A DNA stretch of 64,000 nt from Candidatus Latescibacterota bacterium (GTDB lineage: Bacteria; Latescibacterota; UBA2968; UBA8231). The notes under the pieces were generated by a model that saw only the letters and a list, made by a program, of their open reading frames with translations, had not been told where the DNA came from and did no database searches. This document shows, piece by piece, positions 61,501-64,000 of the stretch. The position numbers were made by a program, and so were the translations under genes. Position 1 is the stretch's first letter; each line of letters starts with the position of its first letter. The stretch lies in the NCBI GenBank assembly GCA_965208105.1, contig OZ242318.1, positions 3,040,001-3,104,000 of the forward strand, given 5' to 3'.

Positions 61501-64000
61501 CGGTGATCGCGCGTTGGCCTTCGATTGGCCGGTAGGAGACCGCCGCGGGCCATACCTCCTGGAGATCCTGCTGGATCCGCAAAACAGGGTGGAGGAGCTG
61601 GACGAGGGCAACAACAGCCTGCAGACAAACCTGGAAATCCTCGAGCCACTGATGCCTGCTCCTTTCTTTCCTCCTGCCCATGGAGTTGTCACTGCTGAAG
61701 AGGTGCAACTCGAAGCGGGTATGCCTCTGGTGCGGGACCCGATAAGCTGTGAATTTGCCTTGTCCCCGGATCCCGATTTCAAGCCTGGGAACACCCGGAT
61801 TTCACCACCCGTACCCGCCGCCGAGGGCCTGGCGGTGTATCGGCCGGCCGGGCTCGACAGCGATCAGGTCTATTTCTGGAAGGCCCGCGTCCACACCTCC
61901 ATCTCGGCGGGTCCCTGGAGTCCTCCTTTGTCATTCCAAGTTTCTCCGAGGCAGGCGGCGCCGCAGTGGCGCCAGGAAGGGCTGCAGTTCCTTGCAGCCA
62001 GGGTCAGCGACCTCGTCCTGGACGAGGCGGAGGGGCTGGTCCTGTCTCCGGCAGAGCGCCCGCTGCGTCCATCCAGCGCCACCCGCGAGGACGGTTTTAC
62101 GGTGCGCGGCCTCGAGGGGGCGGGTGTGCTCTGCACCGACGGTACCTATCTCTACGCCAAGCGCTGGTACAACGATGCCTCTACCATCTATCCGGGCACT
62201 GATTTTTTTACCCGAATCGGCACGGGCTTCAACGGGACCCGGCGGGGTGCCTTTTACGGGCCTCTCGCCGACTCCACGACCGCGGGCATCTCGGCGACAT
62301 ACCATGGCGACGGGTACATCTACAACGACAGTGGCCGAGCTTTCGAGCTCGAGCGCATTTCGGTCGAGAGCGGAATACTGGATACGGTAGAAATCCCGGC
62401 CGGCCTTCTGGAGTGGAAATACGGCCGCATCGAGGACGGCCATTCCTTGATCACATCCGACGGTCGCCACATCTACAATGCTTCCATGAGTTCAGAGGCG
62501 GGCACGAGAAACGAATGGAGAATCCGCGTCTTCGATCCGGCCGCGGACTGGTCTCTGCTGCGCGACTTTACCTCGCCTCCCACGGAAAACGGGTTCACCT
62601 TCGAGTGGACCGACGGACTGCTGGCTGACGGCCGGCGCCTTTACCTGGTCGAGTTTTCCGGCCGGCGCCGGATTCGAATGGTGGACGCCGTCGACGGCCG
62701 ATTCCTCGACGAGTGGACGAGCGACCAGGATACCACCCGGATTATCTCCGGCCAGTACGACTGGGTAAACAACAAGGTCTGGCTCGGCGATCTGTTCGGT
62801 CCGGCCGTATTTCGCTACGCCGGGCTGGGAAAGGTCGAAGCTGGACGGCTCACCTCCGGTCCCATCGGTCCGGCTTCGAGTTGGCAAAGTCTGCGGATCA
62901 GAGGAGAGGCTGTCGGAGGCGCCCAGCTGAAGGTGGATGTTCTGGGCGAGGATCCCACCGATGCAAGCTGGAATCCCCTGGACGGCCTGGTCGGGCTGCC
63001 GCTGGATGAGGAAGTGGACCTGGCAGGACTTTCCGCCGAAGAAAACCGGCGCATCCGCCTCCGGGCGGACCTGCAAGGTACCCCCGGCGATGCGGTTCTC
63101 GAATCCTGGGAGGTGGAGTTCGATCCCCTGCCCTCCCTGCAGCTGCTGGAAGCCGAGGCGGCCATCGACTCGGCGCGGCTGCGGGTGCAGGTCCTGGTGC
63201 GCAATATTACCAGCGGGGAGGTTTCCGGGGCCCGGTTGCAGCTTCAGCGCAGCGACCTGGATGGGACAATGGCGGACCGCCCCCTGGGCCGGCTGGGGCG
63301 TGGTGAAACCCGGGAGATTGTAATCGACAGCCTGTCTCCGCCTCCTTCAGGTGTCCGCCTTTTTGCCCAGGTCGTTACATCCCAACCCGATGCCGAGCCG
63401 GGTGATAATCGCCGGGAGATTCTCCTCCTCGGCGACCGGGCACTGGTATCATTCAAGATGTGGCCGGGTGGCCACCCTTTCCTGGATGGCGATCCGCTGC
63501 TCCCGGAGCAGGCCCTGTTGGTCCAGGTCCGGATAATGCCGGGAGACGAAGTTGTTCTCAGGGTGGACGGGGACCCCGTGGAAGCGGATTCCGTCTTCGC
63601 GCTCGCGCCGGGGGAGCAAGGGATTCAGGTCAAGTACCAACCGAAGGTCTCCTTTGGCGCACACGAGCTCCAGGTGGCCGTGCTCCGGGAGCACGAAGAA
63701 GTCGCCCTGGGGAGCGTTCGGTTTCTGCTCAGCGACAAGCTGGCAATCGTGCACCCCCTGCTCTATCCCCACCCGGTTAAAGATCGGACTTCTTTCACCT
63801 ATTTGCTCTCCCGGGAGGCCCGCGTCACCATTGAGATATACAGCCTCAGCGGCCGCCTTATCAACCGGCTTTCTCCTCTGACTCAGAGCGCAGGTTTTCA
63901 GCAGGTCCAGTGGGACGGCCGCGACAGGCAAGGACGGCGCCTGGCAAACGGTACGTATCTCTACCGGATTGTTGCCACAGGCGGCGGCCATAAGGCAGAG
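58511..64000 (+). CDS. giant secreted C25 (gingipain/PorU-like) cysteine peptidase with propeptide, CARDB/Ig domains, beta-propeller insert and FlgD-Ig/T9SS-type C-terminal domain (3' end outside window)
   Basis: Manual translation, 1830 open codons: signal MLRLLPMLLLTASSSLEA; propeptide GQPALP; ADYLIIAH, DIYDEFSHG, YVLLLGDATYD, VGRL, catalytic NGHGS (His codon 60899) and LSC (Cys codon 61010), LLGDPA; DPQNRVEELDEGNN (CARDB); YPHP..IYSLSGRL..WDGRD..NGTYLYRI. Not in ORF track. Confidence 0.88.
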   Translation, partial: MLRLLPMLLLTASSSLEAGPVRILSSTPDGLTLELELDPPQLVQVSRGGRQYHELSVPGSSSLDRSGQPALPFFAELLAAPPGAQVRLEVEEAHYIEWENILFVPVSASDEGSGPANEPHLQYHGRNAFAPVERATSEFLGIMRGVPAHSLCIFPFSYNETRRVLRIYQRLQIRVRFAGGGRAKALDPGADPHAAGIYGAFLNRPRVAGNAVSRVESYDWYDPASPWIKILVDEDGLFRIDPSWLKERDIDAAGIDPRTLQLYYRGEEQTVDVHGQGDGSFDQGDYLVFHGRFRRDDRDFESIFGRRNTYWLTWGRETGRRFVERSGAPVLGYPSPTSYWTTGHFERDLWFEALEDAPDNRRDHWFWHRPVFANSPNVPSSRIYVGELTQPDMSSDYTAHIRLAVHGATSLGHHTVLKLNNHILDERIWSGQVEMLVGAEIASGHLRTGPNQVLLQAFADQAKWDKILFNWFEIDYRRLYMAMSGYLAFSQPPSAGHRIVVSGFSHPRIQLYDVANGVRFVDLVVEGDGTMLSATFEDRSEKASSYVMADSMNLRTPTGIPDEISSWRSPSNEADYLIIAHPLFLASARRLADHRSREGLVVEVVSTEDIYDEFSHGLLDREAIAAFIRHSYHNWQRRPAYVLLLGDATYDYRNILGGGQPSFVPTLYYQARERGHSPSDYLYALVDGDDILPDLSVGRLAVGSAEEAEQVVEKVIRYDREPEPGAWRSRVLFLANYHENGLFAGPSDDLASRYTEPLGLESVKVYGQDESPIPNRTGRSFVDALNAGALLLNFNGHGSAGTMQFVFSSQLPDWDYLSQVRNGGRLPLVLALSCFNGLFANPVVKGLAEIFTNMADGGSIAYISASAKSFVAQNNLLAEFLFNQFFERGNLEFGPALDTAKGQVLAAHLSWRTALLGMQLLGDPAQKLALPHMADYTPISLQFEPGEVFGQSTVELKAILRNNTRSTRDSLEVVVLAYSEAAARPETLFHESQVSFGGDRALAFDWPVGDRRGPYLLEILLDPQNRVEELDEGNNSLQTNLEILEPLMPAPFFPPAHGVVTAEEVQLEAGMPLVRDPISCEFALSPDPDFKPGNTRISPPVPAAEGLAVYRPAGLDSDQVYFWKARVHTSISAGPWSPPLSFQVSPRQAAPQWRQEGLQFLAARVSDLVLDEAEGLVLSPAERPLRPSSATREDGFTVRGLEGAGVLCTDGTYLYAKRWYNDASTIYPGTDFFTRIGTGFNGTRRGAFYGPLADSTTAGISATYHGDGYIYNDSGRAFELERISVESGILDTVEIPAGLLEWKYGRIEDGHSLITSDGRHIYNASMSSEAGTRNEWRIRVFDPAADWSLLRDFTSPPTENGFTFEWTDGLLADGRRLYLVEFSGRRRIRMVDAVDGRFLDEWTSDQDTTRIISGQYDWVNNKVWLGDLFGPAVFRYAGLGKVEAGRLTSGPIGPASSWQSLRIRGEAVGGAQLKVDVLGEDPTDASWNPLDGLVGLPLDEEVDLAGLSAEENRRIRLRADLQGTPGDAVLESWEVEFDPLPSLQLLEAEAAIDSARLRVQVLVRNITSGEVSGARLQLQRSDLDGTMADRPLGRLGRGETREIVIDSLSPPPSGVRLFAQVVTSQPDAEPGDNRREILLLGDRALVSFKMWPGGHPFLDGDPLLPEQALLVQVRIMPGDEVVLRVDGDPVEADSVFALAPGEQGIQVKYQPKVSFGAHELQVAVLREHEEVALGSVRFLLSDKLAIVHPLLYPHPVKDRTSFTYLLSREARVTIEIYSLSGRLINRLSPLTQSAGFQQVQWDGRDRQGRRLANGTYLYRIVATGGGHKAE

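Noticed and set aside
58586-63991. Several minus-strand ORFs (e.g. 59513-60940) and short plus-strand ORFs
   Set aside because: Shadows of the single long C25 peptidase frame starting at 58511

Overview
GC-rich, gene-dense bacterial chromosomal window with about 50 CDSs; no rRNA, tRNA, CRISPR array, integrase or transposase was recognised. A C25 peptidase with a C-terminal sorting-type domain, a GldAFG-like ABC module and several PhyH and Gfo/Idh/MocA enzymes suggest an FCB-superphylum organism, possibly Latescibacterota-like (inference only). Recognisable genes: rfbD (partial), ppk2, mtnP, a nuclease-fused DinG/XPD-type helicase, hicAB, gltBD with a divergent Lrp-like regulator, hpf and gltA. 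Two real CDSs are missing from the ORF track because they run off the ends: rfbD (744 to <1, minus) and a >1830-aa C25 peptidase (58511 to >64000, plus). The best candidate for an undescribed system is a tightly coupled eight-gene operon (~21461-28685). It encodes an orphan GlmL-type actin-fold (ASKHA) ATPase with no glutamate mutase nearby, a barrel-sandwich-hybrid/KOW protein, an FN3-DUF6754 membrane protein, a probable opposite-topology relative of it, two polytopic membrane proteins and two small proteins, which together look like an ATP-driven membrane machine. Other notable items: a DUF455 di-iron/ATP-grasp fusion, a HicA lacking its conserved histidines, probable leaderless transcripts, a structured gltB leader, and a beta-propeller insert in the C25 protein. 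All family calls are by-eye motif recognition; no database searches were run.
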